Virus record (IMG/VR): IMGVR_UViG_3300021962_000046
Location: 32,001 to 96,000 of that record
Length of the DNA stretch: 64,000 bases
Reading direction: 5' to 3' (one strand)
Origin: a virus
Shown here: one piece after another, positions 45,891 through 56,016 of the stretch
Layout: each line of letters starts with the position of its first letter
How positions within the stretch are numbered: the stretch's first letter is position 1
Program-made: the position numbers and the translations under genes
Notes under the pieces: model-generated
Databases searched by the model: none
What the model was told of the DNA's origin: nothing
The model's input: only the letters and a program-made list of their open reading frames with translations

Positions 45891-46882
45891 TTTAGTTCCT
45901 CTACCGCTGTTTCCAATCTGGAAAGTACTTCGCTTACTTTCAGGTCATCAACATCATTCACAATTTCTGTCTTGGTTTTCAGGACAGCCTTGCTTCTGAC
46001 TATGGGTTGTGCAACATATGATTCGGCAGTCATTCCAAATTGAAATTTGATAACCCTTAATGCAGCATCACCGGGTTCTACTTCCAAATTGTTTGCTACA
46101 GAATCAAGTCGGACTGCAACTTCCCACAATGACCCTCTCACCTTTATATATGCAAGAGTGCTAAATTTAGTGACAACTTGCTCAACTATTTGGTTCATGT
46201 CCTCTAAATTCATAGTCCATGCATAAAGTGTGTATCCAACATCAACTGGAATGCCTCTGGCAACACCAAAAACCGTGTCTCTTTCGTATTTTTCATTTGA
46301 AGTGAAAGATGGCTTGCCATTTTTTAAATCTCTAATGTAGTGCAAAGCCTTGTGATAGGTGTATCTTGCCGTGTTTATCGAATATTCAGTACTACTAATG
46401 GCAAGCATCGGAAGTCTTATTCTGTCAACAACAAGTGTCTCATCTTTTCTCACATTATCTTGTACAACAGCTGCCACCGCTCTCTCTTGAGTGGCCCAAA
46501 TTATAGGAACTTGATGTGCTTTTCCATCTTCATCAATAATAACAATATCACGAAATAAATCCATTACAGCTTCATCGGTTGAGCGTAATGATTTTGAATA
46601 ACGATAAATTGTGTTTCTGTTTGGATTTTGCAAATCATTTACAATGCTGCCTTTTTGCATTGGATCGCAATTGTTGGCACTACCCAAATTTATTTTTTTT
46701 GTCAGTATGTCATCCATCCAACTTGTCGCAGCATCAACATGCATATTGTTCTGATTGTCCGGTGGTTGCTCACACATTCCGGGTGGTGGATCAATATTCT
46801 CAGACCTGCCCAAAATACTTTGATCTGGACATGTGTTTAAGTTTTTTTCGTAACCGTTTGGATTTGGGCCTATTGGAAGCAT
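45887..46882 (-). CDS. gp15-like tail terminator/sheath stabiliser
   Basis: LFRDIVI, VPIIWA..E, RLPMLAI, PVDVGYTL..W....EDMNQIVEQ; position upstream of the sheath. Start MLPIG at 46882. Confidence 0.75.
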   Translation of the reverse strand: MLPIGPNPNGYEKNLNTCPDQSILGRSENIDPPPGMCEQPPDNQNNMHVDAATSWMDDILTKKINLGSANNCDPMQKGSIVNDLQNPNRNTIYRYSKSLRSTDEAVMDLFRDIVIIDEDGKAHQVPIIWATQERAVAAVVQDNVRKDETLVVDRIRLPMLAISSTEYSINTARYTYHKALHYIRDLKNGKPSFTSNEKYERDTVFGVARGIPVDVGYTLYAWTMNLEDMNQIVEQVVTKFSTLAYIKVRGSLWEVAVRLDSVANNLEVEPGDAALRVIKFQFGMTAESYVAQPIVRSKAVLKTKTEIVNDVDDLKVSEVLSRLETAVEELK

Positions 46883-46914
46883 ATAAGTATAATACTCTAC
46901 TGGAGTTAATTTTT

Positions 46915-47694
46915 GTGGAAAAACATGAAATAAGCTACAGAAGTACATCTCATGTTCATACTTTGGAAAAAATTAAATTACAAATACCCGGATGGGCTGG
47001 AAATTCTAAGGAATATGGTGAAGGAAAAAAATCACAACCGTGGCATTGCAAGCCTTTTGTTGACGCATCAACATATGGTTTGGAACTTGTGTATCCATTT
47101 AAAACCAAAGCCATAATTAAAAATGAAAATGGCAAAATAATAATTGATGCTGATTGGAAATCAGAAGGGATAGATAAAAGTCCTATAGGAGTATTTTCAG
47201 ATGGTTTTTACGGCATGTCCAGCTGTATGGATATTAAAGTCCAAGAAGACATGGTAATCAGAATCGAACCACATCCCAAATATTATACAGATGAATCTTA
47301 TACAACTCCATTGCCTGTGCCGGGACATTTGCAAACAAACTGGTGGTCTAGTTTATTTTTCGTGGTATTCAAAATACCAGAAGTTGGAAAATGTCATGTT
47401 TTTAAATTTGGAGAACCTTATGCACAAATATTGATTTTGCCGAAAAGCACTTCATATGAAATTAAAAAAATGTCAATTTGTGAAATAGAACAAAGAAAAA
47501 AACAAAGTGAAAATATTGATCTTTTAAGAAATAAAATTTGCAAAAAATACAAAAATGAAAATGGAGATATATTTGATGACAGATATAAGAAAATAGCAAA
47601 CAGTAAAAAAGAGCTATCTAAAATAATTGACGATGAATTGAAAATTAAAAAAATAAAATTAGTGTATGTAAAAAAACGCTGCCCAAAACAATGA
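46915..47694 (+). CDS. DUF6065-like protein
   Basis: GTG start with GGAG; WHCKPF..ASTYGLELVYP, PG.L.T.WW, F..GEP.AQI..LP. Confidence 0.5.
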   Translation: MEKHEISYRSTSHVHTLEKIKLQIPGWAGNSKEYGEGKKSQPWHCKPFVDASTYGLELVYPFKTKAIIKNENGKIIIDADWKSEGIDKSPIGVFSDGFYGMSSCMDIKVQEDMVIRIEPHPKYYTDESYTTPLPVPGHLQTNWWSSLFFVVFKIPEVGKCHVFKFGEPYAQILILPKSTSYEIKKMSICEIEQRKKQSENIDLLRNKICKKYKNENGDIFDDRYKKIANSKKELSKIIDDELKIKKIKLVYVKKRCPKQ

Positions 47695-47708
47695 GCAGCG
47701 TTTTTTTT
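47671..47708. terminator. Bidirectional terminator
   Basis: aaaaaacgctgc...gcagcgtttttt between convergent genes. Confidence 0.75.
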
Positions 47709-47717
47709 GTTTGTTAA

Positions 47718-48269
47718 TTAAGCTAATGGGGCGGGTGCTGGAGGTGCAGCACCACCAGCTTGAGCAGCGTTTTCAGCATCGTTAGCAGCTTGCATTCCTT
47801 CAAGGCCGCCAACCAAACCTTGACCTTGAGGCATAGCTGGAGGTGCGCCCATTTCGTCGCTCATACCCTCTTCACCTTGCTCTGGCTCCATATCTTGACG
47901 ACCAGAAATCTTGTTAACCAAGCTGGAAACTTGATTAATGGCATCAGCTAATTGACTGGAATCTTCTTGTCCTTCTGATTGATCCATGCTTGAAAGATTA
48001 GGAAGCATCTTGCGAATGGATTCCAAAGCGGAATCAACCATAGAAAGATCAAGTTCTCCTTCGCTGGCAGAAAGATTAGACATACTGTCGCCAGAAGGTT
48101 GAGGAGCAGGGGCTGCTGGTGCCATAGGAGCAGCTGGTGCAGCTGGAGCAACAGCGGGTGGTTGTGGAGGCGCAGCAGCTGCTGGGGCTGGAGGAACAAC
48201 TCCAGTCATATCTTCCTCAAGAAGTTGCTTCGCTTTTAATTTTTGGTAAAATTCAAAAAAGTTTTTCAT
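47718..48269 (-). CDS. Pro/Ala-rich acidic protein (candidate internal head/scaffold protein)
   Basis: MKNFFEFY...LLEE N-terminus; low-complexity body. Confidence 0.65.
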   Translation of the reverse strand: MKNFFEFYQKLKAKQLLEEDMTGVVPPAPAAAAPPQPPAVAPAAPAAPMAPAAPAPQPSGDSMSNLSASEGELDLSMVDSALESIRKMLPNLSSMDQSEGQEDSSQLADAINQVSSLVNKISGRQDMEPEQGEEGMSDEMGAPPAMPQGQGLVGGLEGMQAANDAENAAQAGGAAPPAPAPLA

Positions 48270-48278
48270 AAAACACCT

Positions 48279-48812
48279 TTAAACAATTTTATAATCAACA
48301 TCTTGAGATTTGTTAATAGAAGTGCCTCCCACAGCATCTTCTTGGAATCTCTGACATATTAATTGTATGCGAACTACGCCATACATTTTCATCTCGCCAG
48401 TCTTCCTCTCAATTATTACCCAATTTTCTTTCAAGAAAGGAGTGAACAATCTTGAACCAATTTTTGGAACATGACCTAAATCACGCAAAACAGCACGATA
48501 ATTCAATTCAAATATCATCTCATCTGGCGAATCTATTCCAAAAGCTGTTTGCATGTTTTGACTTGGAACAGGCTCATAAAAGCAGTAAAGTTGAACAGGA
48601 TGAGGACTGTACATCTTCGTTCTGCTTTCAAGATAAATCGGGTCTACATTATTTGTGTCTATGAAAAGCTCATAATAAAAAATCGGTGATCCACCAATTT
48701 TTATTGCTTCTTCGTCCCATATGTGAAACAAATCATGTTCTGGCAAGCCATCGTCAAATTGCTGCCTAGACCCAGTTACTGCATAAGGTCGCCCATTTAA
48801 GCCATATATCAT
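48279..48812 (-). CDS. gp14-like neck/head-closure protein
   Basis: EEAIKIGG....YY, DPIYLE, FGID..DE..F, PKIG..L..P. Start MIYGL at 48812. Confidence 0.7.
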   Translation of the reverse strand: MIYGLNGRPYAVTGSRQQFDDGLPEHDLFHIWDEEAIKIGGSPIFYYELFIDTNNVDPIYLESRTKMYSPHPVQLYCFYEPVPSQNMQTAFGIDSPDEMIFELNYRAVLRDLGHVPKIGSRLFTPFLKENWVIIERKTGEMKMYGVVRIQLICQRFQEDAVGGTSINKSQDVDYKIV

Positions 48813-48826
48813 ATGATATTTATGTT

Positions 48827-50215
48827 TTAAACACATTTATTTTTAGACATAAGTTCAGCAACATCTGGCAAATAAGAACTTAGTGTTTTAAATTCCTCGA
48901 CACATTCAGCAGATTGCAAAGTTAATGCTCTGCATAAAAGAACATTATAAGATTCCATTTTATTGTAAAATCTCGCATTCGGGAATTCAAAATTAACAAA
49001 TTTATCAATCAGATTTTCTGCTTTTTCCTCGTCAGATGAACCAGCAATCATGAAAACATCGCTTCTCTCGCATCTTCTGCCACCAGCTAATAAAAGTTCT
49101 GCGTATGATTTGTTGGCAAAGTCTTTTAGACCGTGTTTGGTTGGCATCATGTTGACTATGGAGGCCTTATCCATCCCACACTTCACAAGTTTTTCAATGC
49201 ACATATGTGCCATAGTTTTTAGAACAACAGTCGCAAAAGTTTCTCCCATACCAACCTGTGACCTTATATAATTCTGTAACTTTGAATCACCTTTCTTCAA
49301 TCTTGTTTCAAAGAAAACCCTTAATAAATCACTCGTCTTCAATACAGGATTTTTTGTTCCACCAACTGTCTTGCCTTTTGATAATTCATCAATAAGTTTT
49401 TTTTGCAAAGGACCGAATTCAGTATTGAGATTTTCCATCAAGAATTTTGACATGTAATAGACCAAAAGATCTATCTTCATTTGCTCAGAATCCAAAGATT
49501 CTTCGCCTATTTTTCTAAGATTAGAACTAATGTTTTGCTCAGATATCTCTTTTTGTTTCTTAAATATTTTAAAAACACAACTAGTGATAGCATTTTGCAA
49601 CGGGCCAGAAGCTATATCCGTAAACTCAGATCTGTGTTTTATCTCACTTGCTGCTATTCCTAAACCAGCTTCCAATGGTGAGTCATCCATCTCAGGCGTT
49701 TGGAAACCAGTTGCCATCGAACTTTCTTGTCTCTTGATGTTTCTAATAATTCCATTCATTTTAGATATAAAAATATATTTTATCATGCTCCATAAATCAT
49801 TGATTACACCACCATAGGTGTCTCTTTTTTGTGAATCCAAATATTCTAAATAGTCATTGAATTTTTTGTATTCATCAAAAACCCATTTATCTCCATTTTT
49901 TACAAGATCTCTCCACGCTTTTTCTTCAAATTTAGATAAAGCTTGTGTTGTATACTTGTTTCCAAAACTTGTGGTAAGCTCTACATCTTTGAAGTGATTA
50001 TAGAAAGATTCAGGCATTTCAGTATGACCAGCCAAGCTTAGGATTTCAGCTTTTTGTGGCTTAGTCAAAAATTTGGGTTCATTGTTGGATTTTTCAATAA
50101 TACCATTCAACATAGGTTTCAAATAATTATCATAAACCTTGTCAAGGTTTTCCTTAAGCATTCCTTTTGCTTCTTTTAGCAAAACCCATTCTCTGAAAGT
50201 ATTATTTGATGTCAT
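48827..50215 (-). CDS. Hypothetical protein (candidate internal head protein)
   Basis: TFREWVLLKEA N-terminus; 462 aa, helical. Confidence 0.65.
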   Translation of the reverse strand: MTSNNTFREWVLLKEAKGMLKENLDKVYDNYLKPMLNGIIEKSNNEPKFLTKPQKAEILSLAGHTEMPESFYNHFKDVELTTSFGNKYTTQALSKFEEKAWRDLVKNGDKWVFDEYKKFNDYLEYLDSQKRDTYGGVINDLWSMIKYIFISKMNGIIRNIKRQESSMATGFQTPEMDDSPLEAGLGIAASEIKHRSEFTDIASGPLQNAITSCVFKIFKKQKEISEQNISSNLRKIGEESLDSEQMKIDLLVYYMSKFLMENLNTEFGPLQKKLIDELSKGKTVGGTKNPVLKTSDLLRVFFETRLKKGDSKLQNYIRSQVGMGETFATVVLKTMAHMCIEKLVKCGMDKASIVNMMPTKHGLKDFANKSYAELLLAGGRRCERSDVFMIAGSSDEEKAENLIDKFVNFEFPNARFYNKMESYNVLLCRALTLQSAECVEEFKTLSSYLPDVAELMSKNKCV

Positions 50216-50232
50216 ATTGTTGGAACCTAATA

Positions 50233-50637
50233 TTAACCTAAATTAATTGTTGGCAAAATAGCAATTGTTCCACCGCTTGATGGCAGATTGTAAGGAGCAT
50301 TTGTGAATCTTTCTATCCACAAAAGTTCTCCATTCGCAAGAGATGTAACATAATAGCCACAAACTACAGCAGTTGTGGTAAAAGAGAATGTTTGTTCTGC
50401 ATATGCTGCCTGTGAAACACCGCTAGTTTCACCAATACTCCATGAGCTACTTGCAAGTGTTGCAGGGGCATAACCTGTACTGGTAGCAACTTCTGTTATA
50501 TTAGCCAAAGTTGTATTTGGCCCCGGTGTTAGATTCAAGTCACTAAAAAGTCTCAAAACAGTATTGCTAGAAGATTGTGTGCCTAATAATCTCTGCAATT
50601 GAGAAATTTCTGCTACTGTTGGTACTACTAAAGCCAT
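50233..50637 (-). CDS. Putative virion structural protein
   Basis: LRLF, E....GYA...L....W, YAEQTFSF, GYYV, LLWIERF pattern common in phage tail-associated proteins; GGAGG SD. Confidence 0.6.
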   Translation of the reverse strand: MALVVPTVAEISQLQRLLGTQSSSNTVLRLFSDLNLTPGPNTTLANITEVATSTGYAPATLASSSWSIGETSGVSQAAYAEQTFSFTTTAVVCGYYVTSLANGELLWIERFTNAPYNLPSSGGTIAILPTINLG

Positions 50638-50710
50638 TTTTCCTCCAAATTATTGGAACATTATGTTCCTATGGACATTCAATCAGGTTTACACTATATA
50701 TAATAATATT

Positions 50711-51358
50711 GTGGTAATTAAAAATAAAAACGGCACAGAATACAAACTCAGAAGCCCAAACCCTATCATGATTCAACAAGATTTGTGGGAAAATTTTGAA
50801 ATTCATAATATGGATTTCAAATCAGAAATATACGAAGCAAGCAACTCTCAACAACAAAAACGCAAATCGCCCAAAATAAGTTTGGGTCAAACTCACACAG
50901 CAGAAGATGAGCAAACACCAGAAATAATAAAAACAGTTGTTGCACCAAAAAAAGAAATAGAAATAAAAACAACTACGCCAGAACCAAAAATAGAAAAAAC
51001 AAATGAAGAAGAAAATGTTATTAGACCAACAAAAATAAATGCAAAACTACAGAACTATCCTAAAACAATTCTTCATTGTTTGCCTTCGATAACCAAGGTT
51101 TTTGTTGACGAGCTTTATCAAGATAAAACAATAAAAATAAGTTATGGAGAAAAATTCACATTAGAAGCGATATTGATCGAAGAATCTGATATGAATCTTG
51201 TTTTTTGGACTCATCTTGAAAATATATCAAAACAATCAATAGTTTATCCAAAAAATCGTGATAAAAGATGGTGGCGTGTTCAAGAAGTTAAAAAAGCACC
51301 AGAAGGTTATTTCCTGAATTGCATGCCGTCAGAGACACATCCAAGTTTTGTCGAATGA
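50711..51358 (+). CDS. Hypothetical protein
   Basis: Likely GTG start at 50711, 6 nt after TATAAT. Confidence 0.6.
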   Translation: MVIKNKNGTEYKLRSPNPIMIQQDLWENFEIHNMDFKSEIYEASNSQQQKRKSPKISLGQTHTAEDEQTPEIIKTVVAPKKEIEIKTTTPEPKIEKTNEEENVIRPTKINAKLQNYPKTILHCLPSITKVFVDELYQDKTIKISYGEKFTLEAILIEESDMNLVFWTHLENISKQSIVYPKNRDKRWWRVQEVKKAPEGYFLNCMPSETHPSFVE

Positions 51359-51362
51359 CTGA

Positions 51363-51611
51363 TCAGTCTGGTATTTCAATATCTGTAACCAAACCATGCT
51401 GTTTCAAAGCTTCTTTGTGATCGCTTGCGGATTTAAGATATCCTTTTTTAAAGACCTCTGCCAAGAAAAAATTAAATATTTCAAGTTCTTTTTCGTTTGA
51501 TAACGCAAAACTTAATTTAAAAAAAAGTGGTTGATACAAATTTGCTCTGTCACCAAGAAAATTTTTTGCAAATTCAATAATCTTTTGTGTTTTCAAATTC
51601 TCTTCACTCAT
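51363..51611 (-). CDS. Hypothetical protein
   Basis: ATGA-coupled to the 905-aa gene. Confidence 0.6.
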   Translation of the reverse strand: MSEENLKTQKIIEFAKNFLGDRANLYQPLFFKLSFALSNEKELEIFNFFLAEVFKKGYLKSASDHKEALKQHGLVTDIEIPD

Positions 51612-54325
51612 GGTGTCGTCAACCCCCTCTTAGAAATTTCACCATTTAATTTTTCCATGTTATTGGTATATGATTGAAACACTCTAGGACTGAAACGCTT
51701 TTTGTTCTCATCGAAAGTATCCATGATATCCTTGATTATTTTATGCAGTTCCAAAAGTTTTTTGTCATCGAGATAATCAATCAAAAGCAGTCCTGTCTCT
51801 ACTCTCTTGAAAATTTCTCCAATAGCTCCTTTTTCGCCTTTTTTGATTCTTTTGTGAATCTCATTAGCTTCTTTTACAAAAGGATCATGTTTGGCCCTAA
51901 TCGCAACAACATCTGTTTTGAATTTCTCTTTTTCAGCAGCACCAGATATGCTGTTTTGCAAATCGGTAAAAAGTTTTAAACTATGGATAGCTCTGGGATT
52001 TTTATCAATTTCAGCATTAAATTTGGCAAGGGTGTCTTTGTATTGTGTCTGTGACATAGTTGGCATTTCCAATACACCACCAGCCCTTTTTAATTTTGCA
52101 CCATCTGGTGGACTAGAAGCGTGTGCAGCCTGTCTGCTAACATTTCGAGTATTAATTGCAGCATTAAAATCAAGTTTGCCTTTGTTGTATAATTCTTGCG
52201 CCCCTGTTGTCAATTCATCAACACCGATCTTGATTTTCGCCTTTTTAATCTGGTTCAAAATACTTGTTGCTTCATTTTGCAACAGTTGAACAAAAGCTGC
52301 ATTGTCTAAATGCGAATTATCTCTAACCAATCTGTGCAAAAGTGCATCTGATTGAGAAAGTATATCAGCTGGCGATGCGGTTTTGTTTGTATGCTGATTG
52401 TAAATCACATAAAGCTTTTTGATGATTTCAAAAATGTTCAATAAGTCTTGTGACATATTGTAAACATTTTTTCTCAAAGCCTGCAAAGTACCTTTGGCAG
52501 CAGTAGTGCCTACCGCTTCACTAGCGTGTAGATTATTGATGTAATCATCAATCACGGTGTTTAGATCATATTCATATGAGCAAACACCAGCATCACCACG
52601 ATGTCTTTGAACACAATGGCTAAATTCATCGGAAAATGCGAATTCAGAACGCATTCTTCTTGAGCCAGCTATTATGTGTTGGTCAACAAATCTATCCAAC
52701 TCCTTGACTAGAAGAATATCCAAAACATTCAAATTTACACCAGTTTTTGTGAATAAATTTGGTTGATCCAAATTATCAAGAATTTTAATTTTACACAATT
52801 TATGCAATGAATCCTTGCTTCTTAATAAAACTAATTTTGGTGTTAATGTAGACTTTTTGTCTTTTATACTTTCTGTTGTCAAAAATCTCGTTATGTATTT
52901 GTCGATGTAATCATCTAGGTTGAATTTCTTGGAATTGAATAAAGTATTGAACCTATTTGTGAATCTTGGATCATCGACATGTAAGAAATTAGTCTCTGGA
53001 CTCATTCTTGTACCTTCAAAACTACCAGAAGTTCTTACATTGCTTCCCTGACGGACAACATCACCCGGAGCAGGTATCCTGTACATCTTGCGATTGATAT
53101 GCAATTCTGGGTCATAGTACTCCCTTCCTCTAAGATCAGGATGACCTGCACCCATACTCAAATATTCTTGACCATCAACATATCGATATCTGTTTGTGCT
53201 TAAAAGAACGGGATTTTCGACCTCAGTTGGAGTTTCAACTCCATCAACAATTTTTCTGATTGTTTGTTTTTTATGCTTCATCAACAAAGGTGATTTGTTG
53301 TTTATTGTGTATCTTGTGAAAACACCCTTGGAGTCTGCGACCAATGATATCTCAGGACGATCACCAGATAAATCTGTAATATAACCTCTGTTTATTGCAT
53401 CTCGCAAATCCTCAAGGGCTCGGCTTCTTGCAATTGATCTTACTTCATCAGTTGAATAACCAGCACCTAAATCAGCATCACGGAGATGAGTCTTTGTGGC
53501 AACTTCAATAAAAGGTTCTGGAGAGAATTCATCTTTGAATTTACCAGCGGGAGCTATCACTCCAGCATCATATTCTTTCTTTTCAGTTGCATTAGGCTCA
53601 ACTAAACCATGAGCAATATTTGAAAGATGACTCTTTAAACGCTCACGAATAGTACCACTTGTCGGAAAAGTAAGACCATCTGTAACAAGAATATTTTCTT
53701 TCTTCTCATTTCCAGCAGCATCACGGCTTGTTTTCTGAATCAACTGAGGATTAGACAGATCAAAACCGTCATTCCGTCCGGGTGTTCCTTCAAGCCTTCT
53801 TGCAAGTTGAGCAACCATAGGATTGGCTCTTACAATGGTAACATTCCTACCAGATTTTGAAGGTCGGCCAGCACCTATAAATTCAAAATCAACATCTTTG
53901 TTGAATCTTTCAAGTTTTTCTGTATCTGGAGGCACTTCTCTTTCAGCTTGCATCTTGGCTTTGCCATAAGCAGCTTTTCTTGAGAAGTGTTCAATCTCTT
54001 CTTGAGAAAGGTTGGGGTTTGTTTTTATCTTGTTTTTTATTTCATTATAAAATTTCTTGTAGTCTCTTCTGACTATAGGAGAACGCTTTTCATCAAGACC
54101 AATAAGATACTCATAAAGATATTTGTTATATCTTTGATATAATGCTTGAATCCAGTCTTTGCTGTCGAATTGATTCAAAAACCGAATATCTTCAGGTGTC
54201 ATTTCAACAACACCCTTGTAAACAGAGTTAAATGAAGCTTCATTCAAAATATTTTGTTCTGAATTATTCTCTGTTTCTATCAATAAATTAAGGAATTTTG
54301 TATGCAAAGATTTTAATCCTGTCAT
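51608..54325 (-). CDS. Large hypothetical protein (candidate internal/ejected virion protein)
   Basis: 905-aa ORF; N-terminal LLIE and ILNE possible protease sites; no family recognised. Confidence 0.7.
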   Translation of the reverse strand: MTGLKSLHTKFLNLLIETENNSEQNILNEASFNSVYKGVVEMTPEDIRFLNQFDSKDWIQALYQRYNKYLYEYLIGLDEKRSPIVRRDYKKFYNEIKNKIKTNPNLSQEEIEHFSRKAAYGKAKMQAEREVPPDTEKLERFNKDVDFEFIGAGRPSKSGRNVTIVRANPMVAQLARRLEGTPGRNDGFDLSNPQLIQKTSRDAAGNEKKENILVTDGLTFPTSGTIRERLKSHLSNIAHGLVEPNATEKKEYDAGVIAPAGKFKDEFSPEPFIEVATKTHLRDADLGAGYSTDEVRSIARSRALEDLRDAINRGYITDLSGDRPEISLVADSKGVFTRYTINNKSPLLMKHKKQTIRKIVDGVETPTEVENPVLLSTNRYRYVDGQEYLSMGAGHPDLRGREYYDPELHINRKMYRIPAPGDVVRQGSNVRTSGSFEGTRMSPETNFLHVDDPRFTNRFNTLFNSKKFNLDDYIDKYITRFLTTESIKDKKSTLTPKLVLLRSKDSLHKLCKIKILDNLDQPNLFTKTGVNLNVLDILLVKELDRFVDQHIIAGSRRMRSEFAFSDEFSHCVQRHRGDAGVCSYEYDLNTVIDDYINNLHASEAVGTTAAKGTLQALRKNVYNMSQDLLNIFEIIKKLYVIYNQHTNKTASPADILSQSDALLHRLVRDNSHLDNAAFVQLLQNEATSILNQIKKAKIKIGVDELTTGAQELYNKGKLDFNAAINTRNVSRQAAHASSPPDGAKLKRAGGVLEMPTMSQTQYKDTLAKFNAEIDKNPRAIHSLKLFTDLQNSISGAAEKEKFKTDVVAIRAKHDPFVKEANEIHKRIKKGEKGAIGEIFKRVETGLLLIDYLDDKKLLELHKIIKDIMDTFDENKKRFSPRVFQSYTNNMEKLNGEISKRGLTTP

Positions 54326-54378
54326 GTTATCTCCGTTTTTATTATATAGAATAATATTGAGTAATTAATACATAGGGT

Positions 54379-55248
54379 ATGTCAGATTATTTATACTTGA
54401 AAAGACCAACTAGAGAAGTTGCGAATTGTGAAAAGGGATACAACCTTGGTGTTTCAGATCCCTTGGACATTTCCAAACTAGGGCCAAGACCAAATCGTGG
54501 CAAAATCAGAGGACAGCTTAAAGACTATGTTCTTTTGATGCTTGGGGCTCCTGTAGTTCAAATTGAACTAGATGAACAACAACTTGATGCTGCCGTAGAT
54601 CTTTCTTTGCAAATTTTAGAAGAATGGGCACCTAGAGAATATTTTCAATATTATGTGTTCAACACTATTCCCGGCCAAAGCATCTATTCAATGCCACCCG
54701 ACATTGGTTACATAAGAAATGTTTTCTATAAGGAAACAGGAACCTTCGCATTTCAATCAAGTGATTTAGGAGGTGCAATACCTGTAGAATACTTTTATCC
54801 AGGTGGTTCTTATGCGAGCATACAAGGTGGACTAATCGATCCAGTACAACCAATATGGGGTCGTGGAGGAGAGTGGAGTTTATATAAGGGGTACGAGCAA
54901 ATGTACTCCAGATTAGCTTCAAATCTTGGTGGATGGGAATTTTATGGTGGTTATCAAAATATAAAAATTTATCCAATACCCTATAGAGTTCACAGAGTCG
55001 TTGTTCATTACATTCAAAAAAATAATGATTGGGGAAGAGTTCAACAGGTAATGCAAGAAGGAGCTTTGGCCTTTGCAAAAATTATGTTGGGAAGAATTAG
55101 AAGTAAGATTAAGAACCCACCGGGGCCAAATGGTGGTGTACAGCTTGATGGTGATACTTTGCTTCAAGAGGGCATACAGGAAAAGAAAGATTGGGAAGAA
55201 AGATTAATTACTAGATATGGTGATGTACTTGGGCCTACCCTTGATTGA
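54379..55248 (+). CDS. gp13-like neck/head-tail adaptor protein
   Basis: LKDYVLLMLGAPVVQIELDEQQL, ALAFAKIMLGRIRSK, PGPNGGVQLDGDTL..EG. Confidence 0.85.
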   Translation: MSDYLYLKRPTREVANCEKGYNLGVSDPLDISKLGPRPNRGKIRGQLKDYVLLMLGAPVVQIELDEQQLDAAVDLSLQILEEWAPREYFQYYVFNTIPGQSIYSMPPDIGYIRNVFYKETGTFAFQSSDLGGAIPVEYFYPGGSYASIQGGLIDPVQPIWGRGGEWSLYKGYEQMYSRLASNLGGWEFYGGYQNIKIYPIPYRVHRVVVHYIQKNNDWGRVQQVMQEGALAFAKIMLGRIRSKIKNPPGPNGGVQLDGDTLLQEGIQEKKDWEERLITRYGDVLGPTLD

Positions 55249-55299
55249 TAAATATATTTTTTGTATAAATTAAATTTTTAACATCAAAAAGAGGCTTTC

Positions 55300-55497
55300 A
55301 TGAAATTTTTAGAATACATTGAAAGAAGAGAAAAAATACTATTAGAGAGAAAAAAGAAAAAGAAATGGATTCAAAAGGCTATCAAACATCCCGGCAGATG
55401 TGCAGACATGGGTAGTGCAGACTGCCCAGAAGGAAGTCCGCAATATAATTTAGCTATGAGATTCAAGTCTGGCGAATTCAGCAAAAAGTCTAATTAA
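55300..55497 (+). CDS. Small basic protein (candidate internal head protein)
   Basis: MKFLEYIE..E; KKWIQKAIKHPG; GAGG SD. Confidence 0.6.
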   Translation: MKFLEYIERREKILLERKKKKKWIQKAIKHPGRCADMGSADCPEGSPQYNLAMRFKSGEFSKKSN

Positions 55498-55519
55498 TTT
55501 TCAAATTAGTCCTTGTATC

Positions 55520-55527
55520 TATAAATA
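55520..55527 (+). promoter_or_regulatory. T4-type late promoter TATAAATA
   Basis: Exact consensus upstream of the fibre operon. Confidence 0.55.
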
Positions 55528-55567
55528 GATTTATATCTATATTAGGCTATTTAATAAAGGTGTTTGA

Positions 55568-56014
55568 ATGGCTGATTTAAACAAGGGCTTGCCCATAGTT
55601 GTATCTGATGAAAATCTCAGTAACTTTGCTGAGATTTCAAGTATTGTGCCATTGCCTACTGCTGTAGGCTTAGTAGTCAGAGATGCAACACAAGGCAGTA
55701 AGACTAGTGCTGAAAGCAGACCAGTAGTAATAGCATCTGATCAACAAGTTGCAAGAAATACTGTAACAATAAATCAAGCAAGTGTAACAAGCACACCAAC
55801 CGCTCTTCCAAATACAGCAATTCAGTTGTCTTGCACTATAAAAGCACACAATAGCAATACAGAATCTGTTTATATAGGTTTGGGAAATACCTTAAGTGCA
55901 ACAAATGGTTTTGAACTTGGGCCTGGAGAAAGCCTTACGATACCAGCAAGCAATTTGAATTTAATTTATCATTTTGCTAATGGCACTCAAAGAATCTCTT
56001 ATATTGGTGTTTAA
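55568..56014 (+). CDS. Putative structural (decoration/fibre-associated) protein
   Basis: PVVIASDQ; C-terminal beta domain IKA...NT..VYIG....GFELGPGESL. Confidence 0.55.
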   Translation: MADLNKGLPIVVSDENLSNFAEISSIVPLPTAVGLVVRDATQGSKTSAESRPVVIASDQQVARNTVTINQASVTSTPTALPNTAIQLSCTIKAHNSNTESVYIGLGNTLSATNGFELGPGESLTIPASNLNLIYHFANGTQRISYIGV

Positions 56015-56016
56015 AG

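Noticed and set aside
46579-46914. Long antisense overlap of the 371-aa ORF with the gp15-like gene
   Set aside because: A better start (GTG with SD and promoter) exists at 46915.
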